Positions 1-7,934 of a DNA stretch of 52,207 nt are shown here, one piece after another. The DNA comes from Coriobacteriales bacterium (GTDB lineage Bacteria > Actinomycetota > Coriobacteriia > Coriobacteriales > UBA8131), in NCBI GenBank assembly GCA_031290175.1, contig JAITOC010000057.1:1-52207 (forward strand), read 5' to 3'. The notes under the pieces were generated by a model. That model did not search any database and was not told where the DNA came from. It worked only from the letters and a program-made list of their open reading frames with translations. Numbering within the stretch: position 1 is the first letter of the stretch; the number at the start of each line of letters is the position of its first letter. Both the position numbers and the translations under genes were made by a program.

Positions 1-101
1 CTCTTCCCATACTGCGGTGCGACTTTGTCCCAAAAGGCCGCCTGGTTGGGGAGCGCACGCAAGCGCTGCATCTTCTCCCATTTGGCATTCCAGTCAATCA
101 T
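1..101 (-). CDS. 5' fragment of a gene running off the window; possibly a class I SAM-dependent methyltransferase
   Basis: Not in the ORF track. ATG at 101 gives MIDWNAKWEKMQRLRALPNQAAFWDKVAPQYGK..., open to the window edge. Purine-rich RBS and TGgTACAAT extended -10 upstream. Product guessed only from the DWN..W...FWD..AP N-terminal pattern. Confidence 0.55.
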   Translation of the reverse strand, partial: MIDWNAKWEKMQRLRALPNQAAFWDKVAPQYGK

Positions 102-179
102 GGCGCTCTTTCATGTTGTTTCATGTTGAGGTCTTGGAATTGTACCATGCGTGGGCTTCCGGGGAGCAGGAGATGAGAC

Positions 180-223
180 GCAATACAGGGCTCGACTCAC
201 GCTTGAGACGAGCCCTGTATTGC
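180..223. terminator. Long stem-loop downstream of the flavoprotein gene, probable terminator
   Basis: GCAATACAGGGCTCG (180-194) pairs perfectly with CGAGCCCTGTATTGC (209-223), plus an inner CTCA/TGAG stem. No clear U-tract. Confidence 0.6.
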
Positions 224-239
224 GGGGAATTGCTGCTTC

Positions 240-1907
240 CTAGCTCAAGCCCAGAGCCTTTCTGACGCCGATGTAGCTCATCACGGCTCCGGCACCAACA
301 GTCATGCCAGCTCCACAGTACTGGCCACCGGAGATACTGGCGGTGCAGTTACCTACGGCGTACAGATGGGGGATGACCTCATCCTTTGTCGTAAGCACCT
401 GAGCAAACTCATTGGTTCTGAGACCGCCGTTGGTACCGCATGTGCCAGGTACATACAGCGCCGCATAGAAGGGCGCTGTTGCAACAGGTGCAAGCACGGG
501 GTTGGCGAGTTCTGTTGCATAGGGATGATAGGCACCGATGGCGCGGTCGACCTCCTTCTCCCCACGATGGAAGGCGGGGTCGAAGCCTTGTTCCGCGCTT
601 GCGTTGAAGGTTGCGACCTCATCCTCAAGAGCTGCTGCATCGATGCCAAAGTGCTCGGCAATCTGTGCCAGAGAGTCAGCCTTGAAGAGGATGGAGGGCA
701 GATCTTCATTGACCTTTGCTCCGCCAGGCAGGCCACTGACTGCATACTTGCTGTCACAGATGAAGACGGCTGGAGTATTGAGATACGCAAGCGTGCCAGT
801 ATCGTAGTTGCCAAACGCCCGGTTGAACACCGCATAAGCGGAGGACTCATTGGCAAAACGACGACCCTGTTTGTTGACGATAATGCTTCCGGCGCCACTG
901 CGGTAGATGCCCCAATCTGGCCACATCATGTTATAGACAGCGGGCGCAGCAGGGTCAAAGACATCGATAAAGCTGGGAAGTCCCCAGTTGGTGTCCATAT
1001 TGGCCAATTGTGCGCCTATCGCCTGACCCATGGCATGACCGTCGCCCGTGTTGGTCTGAACCGCATTGCTCACGTAGATGGGAATCGATTGGAAGGCGGC
1101 AACCATCTCGGGGTTGTGGTCAAAGCCTCCTGTACCCAACACAACGCAGGTGCTCGCCTTGATGTTAAACGCCTTTCCACTACTTTGCGCCTCCACGCCA
1201 ATGACTGCTCCGGTCTCGTCCTGGACAAGTGCGGTTGCGGGGGTCTCCAGCATAATCTCAACACCAAGACCTGTGAGTTCTTCCTGCAAAGTCAGCCACT
1301 CCTGCGCGCCGCCGCCCGCGAAGTCAACCTGACGACCGTGCGAACGATAGCCCTGATATGGCTCATAGTAATCCTTGAATCCGGCACCGGGCGTACCCGA
1401 TCCCCATTCCCAACCAAAGGTGTCGCGTGTCCACTCGAGCAAGGCGTTTCCGTTATCGATATAGGCCTCCATGGCTTTGATGTTGCCGCGATCAGCAGCG
1501 CAGAGCTTCATGTAGGCGAGGGCTTCTTCACGCGTGTCATTCATACCCACCGCCTGACCAGTATAGGACAAGGGGATCCAAAGCGTACCCCCCGAGGTAC
1601 CCGAGGTGCCACCCCAGATTACGCTCTTCTCGATAACGAGGACATTCTCTGCGCCATTGCCTTTTGCAACCAGTGCGGCATAGGCAGCCGTTCCTGAGCC
1701 TACCACCAGTACGTCAACTTCTTTGTCCCAGGCGATGTTTGCGCCCGATGACCCCTGCGGCGCAGCACCGCCCTCAGCGTCCTTGCCGGAGCCTGGTGAA
1801 CAGGCCGCGAGGATTCCCAGCCCTACGGCTCCAAGTCCAGCAACTGCCGAGCCTCTTAGAAAATCCTTCCTGCTGATAGCACTCTGCTCGCTGTGTAGGT
1901 CGCCCAT
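240..1907 (-). CDS. Tat-exported lipoprotein FAD-dependent oxidoreductase (flavocytochrome c / fumarate reductase / KstD-like, FAD_binding_2)
   Basis: ATG at 1907 behind AAAGGAG. Twin-arginine variant SRKDFLRG, lipobox LAAC, DVLVVGSGTAA FAD site, GGTSGTSGG, VVLGTGGF, NTGDG, GTCGTNGGL, LYAVGN. Confidence 0.9.
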   Translation of the reverse strand: MGDLHSEQSAISRKDFLRGSAVAGLGAVGLGILAACSPGSGKDAEGGAAPQGSSGANIAWDKEVDVLVVGSGTAAYAALVAKGNGAENVLVIEKSVIWGGTSGTSGGTLWIPLSYTGQAVGMNDTREEALAYMKLCAADRGNIKAMEAYIDNGNALLEWTRDTFGWEWGSGTPGAGFKDYYEPYQGYRSHGRQVDFAGGGAQEWLTLQEELTGLGVEIMLETPATALVQDETGAVIGVEAQSSGKAFNIKASTCVVLGTGGFDHNPEMVAAFQSIPIYVSNAVQTNTGDGHAMGQAIGAQLANMDTNWGLPSFIDVFDPAAPAVYNMMWPDWGIYRSGAGSIIVNKQGRRFANESSAYAVFNRAFGNYDTGTLAYLNTPAVFICDSKYAVSGLPGGAKVNEDLPSILFKADSLAQIAEHFGIDAAALEDEVATFNASAEQGFDPAFHRGEKEVDRAIGAYHPYATELANPVLAPVATAPFYAALYVPGTCGTNGGLRTNEFAQVLTTKDEVIPHLYAVGNCTASISGGQYCGAGMTVGAGAVMSYIGVRKALGLS

Positions 1908-2119
1908 AGCTTCTCCTTTTCTGCTGTTTCTTCCAGTCCTGTGCGCGAAAGACAAGACCGCATGTCAGGCTCACCATAGTGGACTCAGGCGCAGGAGGAA
2001 ATCCGCTTTTTCTTGGTATCTTTGGCCTGAGCCTTGTCACTACTTTTGGATGATGTCAAAGGGAGCGCGAGACAAGTGGTACACTCTCCACTGCGTTTTA
2101 CAAAGAGACGGAAGGGCGT

Positions 2120-3601
2120 TTGTTGGGGAAACCAATTCAGGATACAGCGATCACGCTCTGCGCCTGTGTGGCGTTCATTGCCTGCAGCGTGTGGTTTTAC
2201 CTCGTAGGCTACAGTTCTTCGTTTGAGGGTTCTGCAAAAATACTCATCCTTGGCATCAGCCCTGAGCGTATGCTGTTCTTTCTCGCGGTGATAACCGCCG
2301 GTGTGCTTATGGCCTTGCTACGCCGTCGCGTGCAACGCAACAGCAACCTCATATCCGCCATCGTCTATACCCTGCTGCTCATGGGCACACTCGTCTTCGG
2401 TCTCGCTGGTTATCAGGTACTGGTAAACGCAACAGTGCTCGCGTGTATCACCACGGTGCTGATGGGTTTTGGCTATGGGTGGACACTCACGATACTGTGG
2501 CTGATGTTGGTTCGTTTTGACAGTCTCTGGCGTATCGCGGTCGTGGTTGTGGGCTCATCGGCTCTGGCTCTCCTGATCCTTGCCGCAATCCATTATTTCA
2601 CCGACGATGCCGCTCAGGTAATCCTCTCGGTACTCATGGTACTACTGCTCATCGCTTGCATCCTCGTTCTGCAACGTAAGCTTGCTGTATGGGGCGCCTC
2701 CAAAGAAAAGATGGTGCAAGCTGCTGCACAGCCGTCGGTGGTACCGGTTGCGCAAGGTGAATACCCGTCCCTCAATAACGAGCAGCGTTATCATTTGTTG
2801 CAGCTCATGGCCATGTGCATCATTGTGATTGCCCTGCGCGACACCAACTCTGGTGGTCTTTGGGGAGGCGTGCGTGGAGATTTGCAAATTGTCGATCTCG
2901 CCGCATTTGCGCCTACCTTGGCTACCGCAGCCCTGTTCTTGGCCGTAAGCCTTTTTATGTTCCGCTTTCATACCCGCTCTGAGCGTAATCAGCGCCTGCA
3001 GTTGCCTTATCTGCTGCTGGTTGCCTTATTCCTTGCGTTGAGTTTGTTGCAGACGAACTTTGGCTCAACGCTCTCCTATACGGTGTTCTCCTCGGCAACC
3101 GAGTACATCAGTCTGGCGATATTCAGTTTTACCATTGCCAGCACGGCGCGCAGGCTGCCCTATCCGCCCTTGCTCACAATAGGCGCTGCGGTTGCATTCA
3201 ACCATTTGATTGCACTCGTCTGGATGGTCTTCTTTGAAGACATCGGCCTGATGGCAAGCTTCGTGTTTTCCTGCCTCTGCTATCTGCTGGTTCTGCTCAT
3301 GGCCTTCATGGGCTGGAAGGGCATCATTAAAGGGGCGAATACCACATCGGAGAGCAACGACATCTATGCCTCTCTGCTGCACCGCTGTAAAGAGCTTGCA
3401 GACGATAAGGGGCTCACCCAACGCGAGACCGAGGTTCTGATCCTCCTTGCACAGGGTCGCAGCATGCCCTTTATACAAAGCGAGCTCCATCTCTCAGAAG
3501 GCACCGTGAAGACCCACGTGAAACATATCTACGCCAAGCTCGACATCCACACAAAGCAGGAACTGCTCGATTTTATGGGCGCTCCTCTGCGCCAGGCGTA
3601 A
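2120..3601 (+). CDS. Multi-pass membrane sensor with C-terminal LuxR HTH (Eggerthellaceae-type one-component regulator)
   Basis: About 12 hydrophobic segments, then GLTQRETEVLILLAQGRS...LSEGTVKTHVKHIYAKL. Divergent from the flavoprotein. TGgTACACT extended -10 at about 2077-2085. Confidence 0.9.
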   Translation: MLGKPIQDTAITLCACVAFIACSVWFYLVGYSSSFEGSAKILILGISPERMLFFLAVITAGVLMALLRRRVQRNSNLISAIVYTLLLMGTLVFGLAGYQVLVNATVLACITTVLMGFGYGWTLTILWLMLVRFDSLWRIAVVVVGSSALALLILAAIHYFTDDAAQVILSVLMVLLLIACILVLQRKLAVWGASKEKMVQAAAQPSVVPVAQGEYPSLNNEQRYHLLQLMAMCIIVIALRDTNSGGLWGGVRGDLQIVDLAAFAPTLATAALFLAVSLFMFRFHTRSERNQRLQLPYLLLVALFLALSLLQTNFGSTLSYTVFSSATEYISLAIFSFTIASTARRLPYPPLLTIGAAVAFNHLIALVWMVFFEDIGLMASFVFSCLCYLLVLLMAFMGWKGIIKGANTTSESNDIYASLLHRCKELADDKGLTQRETEVLILLAQGRSMPFIQSELHLSEGTVKTHVKHIYAKLDIHTKQELLDFMGAPLRQA

Positions 3602-3797
3602 GCAATCAGGCAATACGAACAGCAGCTCTCAGTGTGCGTGATACCTGATGTACGGCGTGGGCAGGTAGCTGGTATCGCCATCGTAGTAATTGCTTGCATA
3701 GAGAAAGCTGGCTCCCTTGCAGGTAGCAGTCTTTCTTGAGGATGATGGGGTTTTCCACGGCTACAGCCATGCGTGGCACCCGCGCTCATAGAGTTTG

Positions 3798-4024
3798 ACG
3801 CAAAAACCCCTCGCGGGTTCGAATCCACGAGGAGTTGATGTTGTTGGTAGCCCGTACGGGATTCGACAATCGCTCGCTTCGCTCACGCTTGTAGACCTCA
3901 CTCGCTTCGCTCGCTCGGACGTTTTTGCTAAAACGTGCCGCGGGCACGTTTCTTAACGCAAAAACCCCTCGCGGGTTCGAATCCACGAGGGGTTGATGTT
4001 GTTGGTAGCCCGTACGGGATTCGA
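3798..4024. repeat. 69-bp direct repeat (3798-3866 and 3956-4024) of the tRNA-Glu 3' end plus flank, enclosing an 89-bp palindromic insert
   Basis: Copies differ at 1 base. Insert has GCTTCGC at 3876 and 3904 and AAACGTGCC-gcg-GGCACGTTT at 3931-3951. Confidence 0.9.
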
Positions 4025-4080
4025 ACCCGTGAATCTCCGCCTTGAGAGGGCGGTGTCCTAGGCCGCTAGACGAACGGGCC
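4003..4080 (-). tRNA. tRNA-Glu(CUC)
   Basis: GGCCCGTTCGTCTAGCGGCCTAGGACACCGCCCTCTCAAGGCGG...GGTTCGAATCCCGTACGGGCTACCA; cloverleaf, anticodon CTC, encoded CCA. Confidence 0.97.
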
Positions 4081-4177
4081 ATGCCTAGTGCGCAGATTTC
4101 GCGCGACGCTCAAATAACTTTCCTTGCTGCCTCATCCTGGCTGAAGTGAAAGAAGCGAGCAGCTCCTTCCCGGCTTC

Positions 4178-4251
4178 TGGCTGGGATGGAAGGAGTTGAA
4201 CCCTCACTGACGGAACCAGAATCCGCTGTCCTACCATTAGACGACATCCCA
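4178..4251 (-). tRNA. tRNA-Gln(CUG)
   Basis: TGGGATGTCGTCTAATGGTAGGACAGCGGATTCTGGTTCCGT...GGTTCAACTCCTTCCATCCCAGCCA; anticodon CTG, encoded CCA. Confidence 0.97.
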
Positions 4252-4292
4252 GTGACAAGCTTTCGCGATGCCCTGTTTGAGCGCAAACCGTA

Positions 4293-4321
4293 ATGTTACC
4301 GAACCTGAGCCTCAAGTGCAA
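4293..4321 (-). promoter_or_regulatory. Sigma70-type promoter for tRNA-Gln/tRNA-Glu
   Basis: Minus strand TTGCAC-17 bp-TAACAT, about 40 bp upstream of tRNA-Gln. Confidence 0.6.
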
Positions 4322-4381
4322 TACAAAGCTTGCAGGCGATTTGATGATTCGGTCGATTTGACGCCATTTTGACACTTTTTG

Positions 4382-5410
4382 TCAAAATGACTCGAGGAAA
4401 AGATCGAGTGAGTCTCCATAAGAGATGTCGTTGACCCGGGAGGTCGCGAACACGCTGGCCGCCAACAGGACAAGGGACGCAAACACAACAATCACCAAAG
4501 CACGGAGCGCCGATCCGACGATGAGTCTGATTCGTGTGGGAAGACTCCGTTTTGGAGCGCGTGGAAACTCATGGTAAATATGTATCTGCTTGCCTGAGGC
4601 CATGGTCACAATCTGGTTCTCATCAGAAAATGTGCCCAGCACGAGAGGAGCTGGCGATCTCTCTCTTCCCATTGAGTCATGTTCGGGGTCACTCTGCTGT
4701 AGTATCCGGTCAGCCTCAAGCCCAAGCGCCTCGCTCTTGAGCTCCTCGTTCTGCAGGCTGAGCTCAAGTAGTTCAGTTATGCGTTCGGCAAGTTCCTGCT
4801 CAAGGGTGAACTTCTCCTCAAGCGCACGCTCAAGTTCTGCACCGAGATTCTCCGTTGTTCCACTTACTTTTTCAAGGTCGTCGATCAGCTCTTCGCGGCT
4901 TAATGCGTCGAGCTTGACACGTTCACGGGTGTTCTCCAGCACGGCGCGGAGCAGTTCGTTGTCTTCCTTCTGTGTTTTCAGGGATTCCGAGAGGTCGCGC
5001 AGCAGTTCATCCCGCTGCTCGATCTTCACGTTCAGATCGAGCAGGTTTTCATCGCGATGATGTATCTCTTCTTGAAGCCTGGCTGCTTCTGCCAGCGCGG
5101 TCGAATAAGCTGTCGATGACTCGACCGCGCTTTCTGCTTGCGTTTCAATCGCAGGGGCATCATCCTGTGCTTCAGCTTCGTTGTCTGCGGCATGCTCGAC
5201 GCCCTGAAAGCCATGGTCATCGAGAAACTCCTTGGCGGCAAAGATGTCATCAGCGCATGCCAACTCCCTACCCAGACCAACATGGCGTTTGTCCGGATAG
5301 ATGAGAACATTTCCCACACGGTACGTGTTTGAAGCGCCTTCGGGGAGCAGCAGATCCTGCGCAGTAATCTCGTAGAGATACAGATCCTTGTATCTACCGC
5401 GCCCGATCAA
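4382..5410 (-). CDS. Hypothetical coiled-coil protein with C-terminal transmembrane segment
   Basis: 342 aa. Small N-terminal domain, long E/L-rich heptad region, hydrophobic ALVIVVFASLVLLAASVFA near the C-terminus. TTG start uncertain. Confidence 0.75.
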   Translation of the reverse strand: MIGRGRYKDLYLYEITAQDLLLPEGASNTYRVGNVLIYPDKRHVGLGRELACADDIFAAKEFLDDHGFQGVEHAADNEAEAQDDAPAIETQAESAVESSTAYSTALAEAARLQEEIHHRDENLLDLNVKIEQRDELLRDLSESLKTQKEDNELLRAVLENTRERVKLDALSREELIDDLEKVSGTTENLGAELERALEEKFTLEQELAERITELLELSLQNEELKSEALGLEADRILQQSDPEHDSMGRERSPAPLVLGTFSDENQIVTMASGKQIHIYHEFPRAPKRSLPTRIRLIVGSALRALVIVVFASLVLLAASVFATSRVNDISYGDSLDLFLESF

Positions 5411-5447
5411 GGTAGCTCTGCTTATCTCTGCTCAGTTGAGTGAGAGC

Positions 5448-5675
5448 TCACGAAAGTCCGAGGTATTGATCAAGAGCCTCGCGGATCATATCTGAAGAAC
5501 TTGTTGGATGGATACCGTGGATCTTGTTGTAGGCAGACTTCTCGAGCAGCAGCACGTATTGATCTGCGTAGATGTAGAATCCCTTGTACACTGTTGGGCG
5601 CTCAACACCCTTTTCATTCTTTAGCGCTTTCGTGAGTGCTGATTCGTTCGTCGGTTTTGCAGTTGCTTTTGCCAT
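5448..5675 (-). CDS. Small ribbon-helix-helix-like (CopG/ParG-type) DNA-binding protein
   Basis: ATG at 5675 after AAGGGGG. 75 aa: flexible K-rich N-terminus, beta strand KGFYIY, helices ending SSDMIREALDQYLG. Confidence 0.6.
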   Translation of the reverse strand: MAKATAKPTNESALTKALKNEKGVERPTVYKGFYIYADQYVLLLEKSAYNKIHGIHPTSSSDMIREALDQYLGLS

Positions 5676-5722
5676 ATGCGCAACCCCCTTCATAAATAAT
5701 TGAACTTTTTTCCTAAAACCTA

Positions 5723-5756
5723 TTGACAACCGAGTACTGCTCTATGCTAGCATAAT
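5723..5756. promoter_or_regulatory. AT-rich divergent control region with TTGACA and 12-bp palindrome TATGCTAGCATA
   Basis: TTGACA 5723-5728; palindrome 5743-5754 overlaps the candidate -10. Spacing is non-ideal. Confidence 0.45.
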
Positions 5757-5818
5757 AAAGCATCAGGGGGAATACTTTTTTTGTAGATATTTTATGAAAA
5801 TGTATGGAGGGATGATGA

Positions 5819-7114
5819 ATGAGACCAAAAAAGGTCGTTTTTCGGCACCGGTTACAGCTATCTGATGCAAGGGTACATCTTTGTGAGCGCTTCTTCTTGT
5901 CATTCATTTTGACTTTTGCATCGGTGCTCTTCTGCTCCATGGTCTCAGTGTTCAGTGGTTTGATCCCCTGGGAAGTTCAGGTTGCCTACGGGTTGGACAA
6001 GATAGACAGGGAGTATACCTACGATGCCGCAGGAGCCCCTCCGCAAGTAGAGCAGATGGTCACCGATGAGGCCGGAAGCCACTACAAGCTCGTAGCCACC
6101 AGCGAGCCGATTCCCGCAGATGGCTTTATCCACGAGATGGTCTTCACTTTTACGCAGATACGAGCCATTACTGCTGAACAACAAGCACAGGGGGAGGCTG
6201 CGCTGCGTGCCCAATTTGAACCCCGAGTGCTTATTGACGAAGACGATTATCGGGGTTCCATTCCGTTTGTCTCGCTCAATTCGGAGCCGTTTTGGCGCTC
6301 GGTTGAACGGGTGGTTGATAGGCAGTCCACCTACAAGGGTCTCCCCAGCGAGGACATCATACAGTTGCCCGAATATGCCGATTTTCTCGTCACAAGCGAC
6401 GAATCCGTGGATGCAAGCACGACAAAGAGCTTACGACGTGCTGGCGTTGTCTGGAAAACAACGGGCTATGCGGAGGATGGGCGGCCAAACGAGTTTGCCG
6501 CAACCGTCACCTATCGAGGTGTCGAGCGCGATCTGGTTGCCGATTATTATCTGGTCACCGCTCACTATGAAGGCGTCGTACCCGCGCGCGCCCAGATGGT
6601 GACCATTGTTGCAACCTATGAATTGCAGGTCGAGCCAGAGGTTGTGCGCGCCGCAGCGGTTCCGCCGCGTGAGTCGGCCAGCCTGCCCGCTGTCAATATC
6701 CCCCTTGATGCTCCTGCGGCTCCCTTCCCCTGGTTTATGCTCGGTCTTGCAGCCATGGTGAGTCTGCTTGGTCTGCTCATCTTGCTCTACTTTCTCCTGC
6801 GCAACAACGCCCAGCTCATTGAGACCTCTGTGGAGGGGCCAAGTCGCGTGTTGTTGCGCAAGCGTCTGAGGCTGAACGACGGTGAGGCACTCTTTCCGAT
6901 TCCCGCTGAACTTGAGCTCTTTGCTGCGGGTACTGCGCACAGGATTGTTCTGAGCGAGCGCCTTGCAAAGCGCGAAGGGATGCTGGTCGTGCACTGGGGT
7001 GACCTGCGGCTTTTGCTAACGCGTCTGTCGCGTGAGGTGGATTTGGCAGAGGATTTGGTCAGTGCCGCAACACCAGAGGTGTTGTCTGAAGGGGGGTTGA
7101 CCAAAGATGCATGA
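5819..7114 (+). CDS. Exported membrane-anchored protein of unknown family, with a C-terminal cytoplasmic domain
   Basis: Signal-like N-terminus ending VAYG, beta-rich extracellular domain, Pro/Ala linker, TM WFMLGLAAMVSLLGLLILLYFLL, ~100-aa tail. Homologous to the last third of 44171..49243. Confidence 0.8.
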   Translation: MRPKKVVFRHRLQLSDARVHLCERFFLSFILTFASVLFCSMVSVFSGLIPWEVQVAYGLDKIDREYTYDAAGAPPQVEQMVTDEAGSHYKLVATSEPIPADGFIHEMVFTFTQIRAITAEQQAQGEAALRAQFEPRVLIDEDDYRGSIPFVSLNSEPFWRSVERVVDRQSTYKGLPSEDIIQLPEYADFLVTSDESVDASTTKSLRRAGVVWKTTGYAEDGRPNEFAATVTYRGVERDLVADYYLVTAHYEGVVPARAQMVTIVATYELQVEPEVVRAAAVPPRESASLPAVNIPLDAPAAPFPWFMLGLAAMVSLLGLLILLYFLLRNNAQLIETSVEGPSRVLLRKRLRLNDGEALFPIPAELELFAAGTAHRIVLSERLAKREGMLVVHWGDLRLLLTRLSREVDLAEDLVSAATPEVLSEGGLTKDA

Positions 7115-7919
7115 CGAGAAGACAAACCCCGAAGACAAGCAGGAGCTCGAAGACAAGGCCGACCGCAGAGGAGTGATTATTGGCCTTGCGCTAGTGGTTG
7201 TCTTCTTCATTGCGCTCATCTTGCTGTTTGCTTGTTCGCATTCGGTGGATTCTGTGTACACAGACGATACCAAGACGCTGCCCTCTTCCGGGAAGCCAAC
7301 AGAGGCTGGAGCCGAAAGGGACGTTAAGGCACCCGACAAGGCAACGGATGCGGATAAGGATGACGGGGACGGGAGGGGTGCAGACTCAGCTGGCGGCGAA
7401 GACACGCCTGCATTCGGTGATGAAAGCTCAAGCGGTGGGAGTGGCTCCGGGGGAACGGGGTCTGGCTCAGGAAGCGCGGGGAGCGGGAGCCCGGGGAGCG
7501 GGAGCACGGGCAGCAGCGGTTCTGGCAGCACGGGGGGCTCCGGTGGAGGAGGGACTGCGCCGGGTGGCAGCGGTTCCGGTGGCACGGGTGGCTCGGGCGG
7601 GGGAGGAGCAACGACGCCAACAGATCCCAATGCCGGAAAGACCTGGCACCCCGCATGGGACGAGAGCGTGTGGGTTGTAGATGTTCCGGGGCACAATAAC
7701 GAGGTCTACCATCAGGAGGAGGGACACTATGCTGCTGTGTGCAATACCTGTGGCGCAGAGCTCGGTCCCGGGTTGGCGGGTCAGCACTTGTTGGGCACAG
7801 GGCACGATAGTTACAGAAGCAATATATGGTTTACAGATGTCCCTGCGTGGATCGAGTCTGTCTGGGTACCTGAAGTAGGGCATTGGACAACGATACACCA
7901 TCCGGGTTATTGGCAATAG
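7107..7919 (+). CDS. Membrane-anchored protein with Gly/Ser stalk and His/Trp-rich CxxC terminal domain
   Basis: N-terminal TM, GS-rich linker, C-terminal WHPAW..VCNTCG..H..H..HHPGYW. Overlaps the upstream stop codon. Confidence 0.8.
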   Translation: MHDEKTNPEDKQELEDKADRRGVIIGLALVVVFFIALILLFACSHSVDSVYTDDTKTLPSSGKPTEAGAERDVKAPDKATDADKDDGDGRGADSAGGEDTPAFGDESSSGGSGSGGTGSGSGSAGSGSPGSGSTGSSGSGSTGGSGGGGTAPGGSGSGGTGGSGGGGATTPTDPNAGKTWHPAWDESVWVVDVPGHNNEVYHQEEGHYAAVCNTCGAELGPGLAGQHLLGTGHDSYRSNIWFTDVPAWIESVWVPEVGHWTTIHHPGYWQ

Positions 7920-7934
7920 GGAGGAGAAGTAGAA

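Noticed and set aside
366-1697. 443-aa ORF on + strand
   Set aside because: Antisense shadow of the flavoprotein gene in GC-rich DNA; no motifs. The same applies to 7016..7696, 10200..11165, 14154..14912, 15765..16634, 18795..19904 and 38916..39806.
3798-4024. CRISPR or prophage interpretation of the tRNA/tmRNA repeats
   Set aside because: Only two copies each, 64-69 bp long and derived from the RNA gene; no cas, integrase or phage gene in the window.
3786-4375. ORFs 3786..4082 and 4085..4375 (also 28460..28738, 28531..28815)
   Set aside because: They overlap tRNA or tmRNA genes and the duplicated flanks; their peptide repeats just mirror the DNA duplication.
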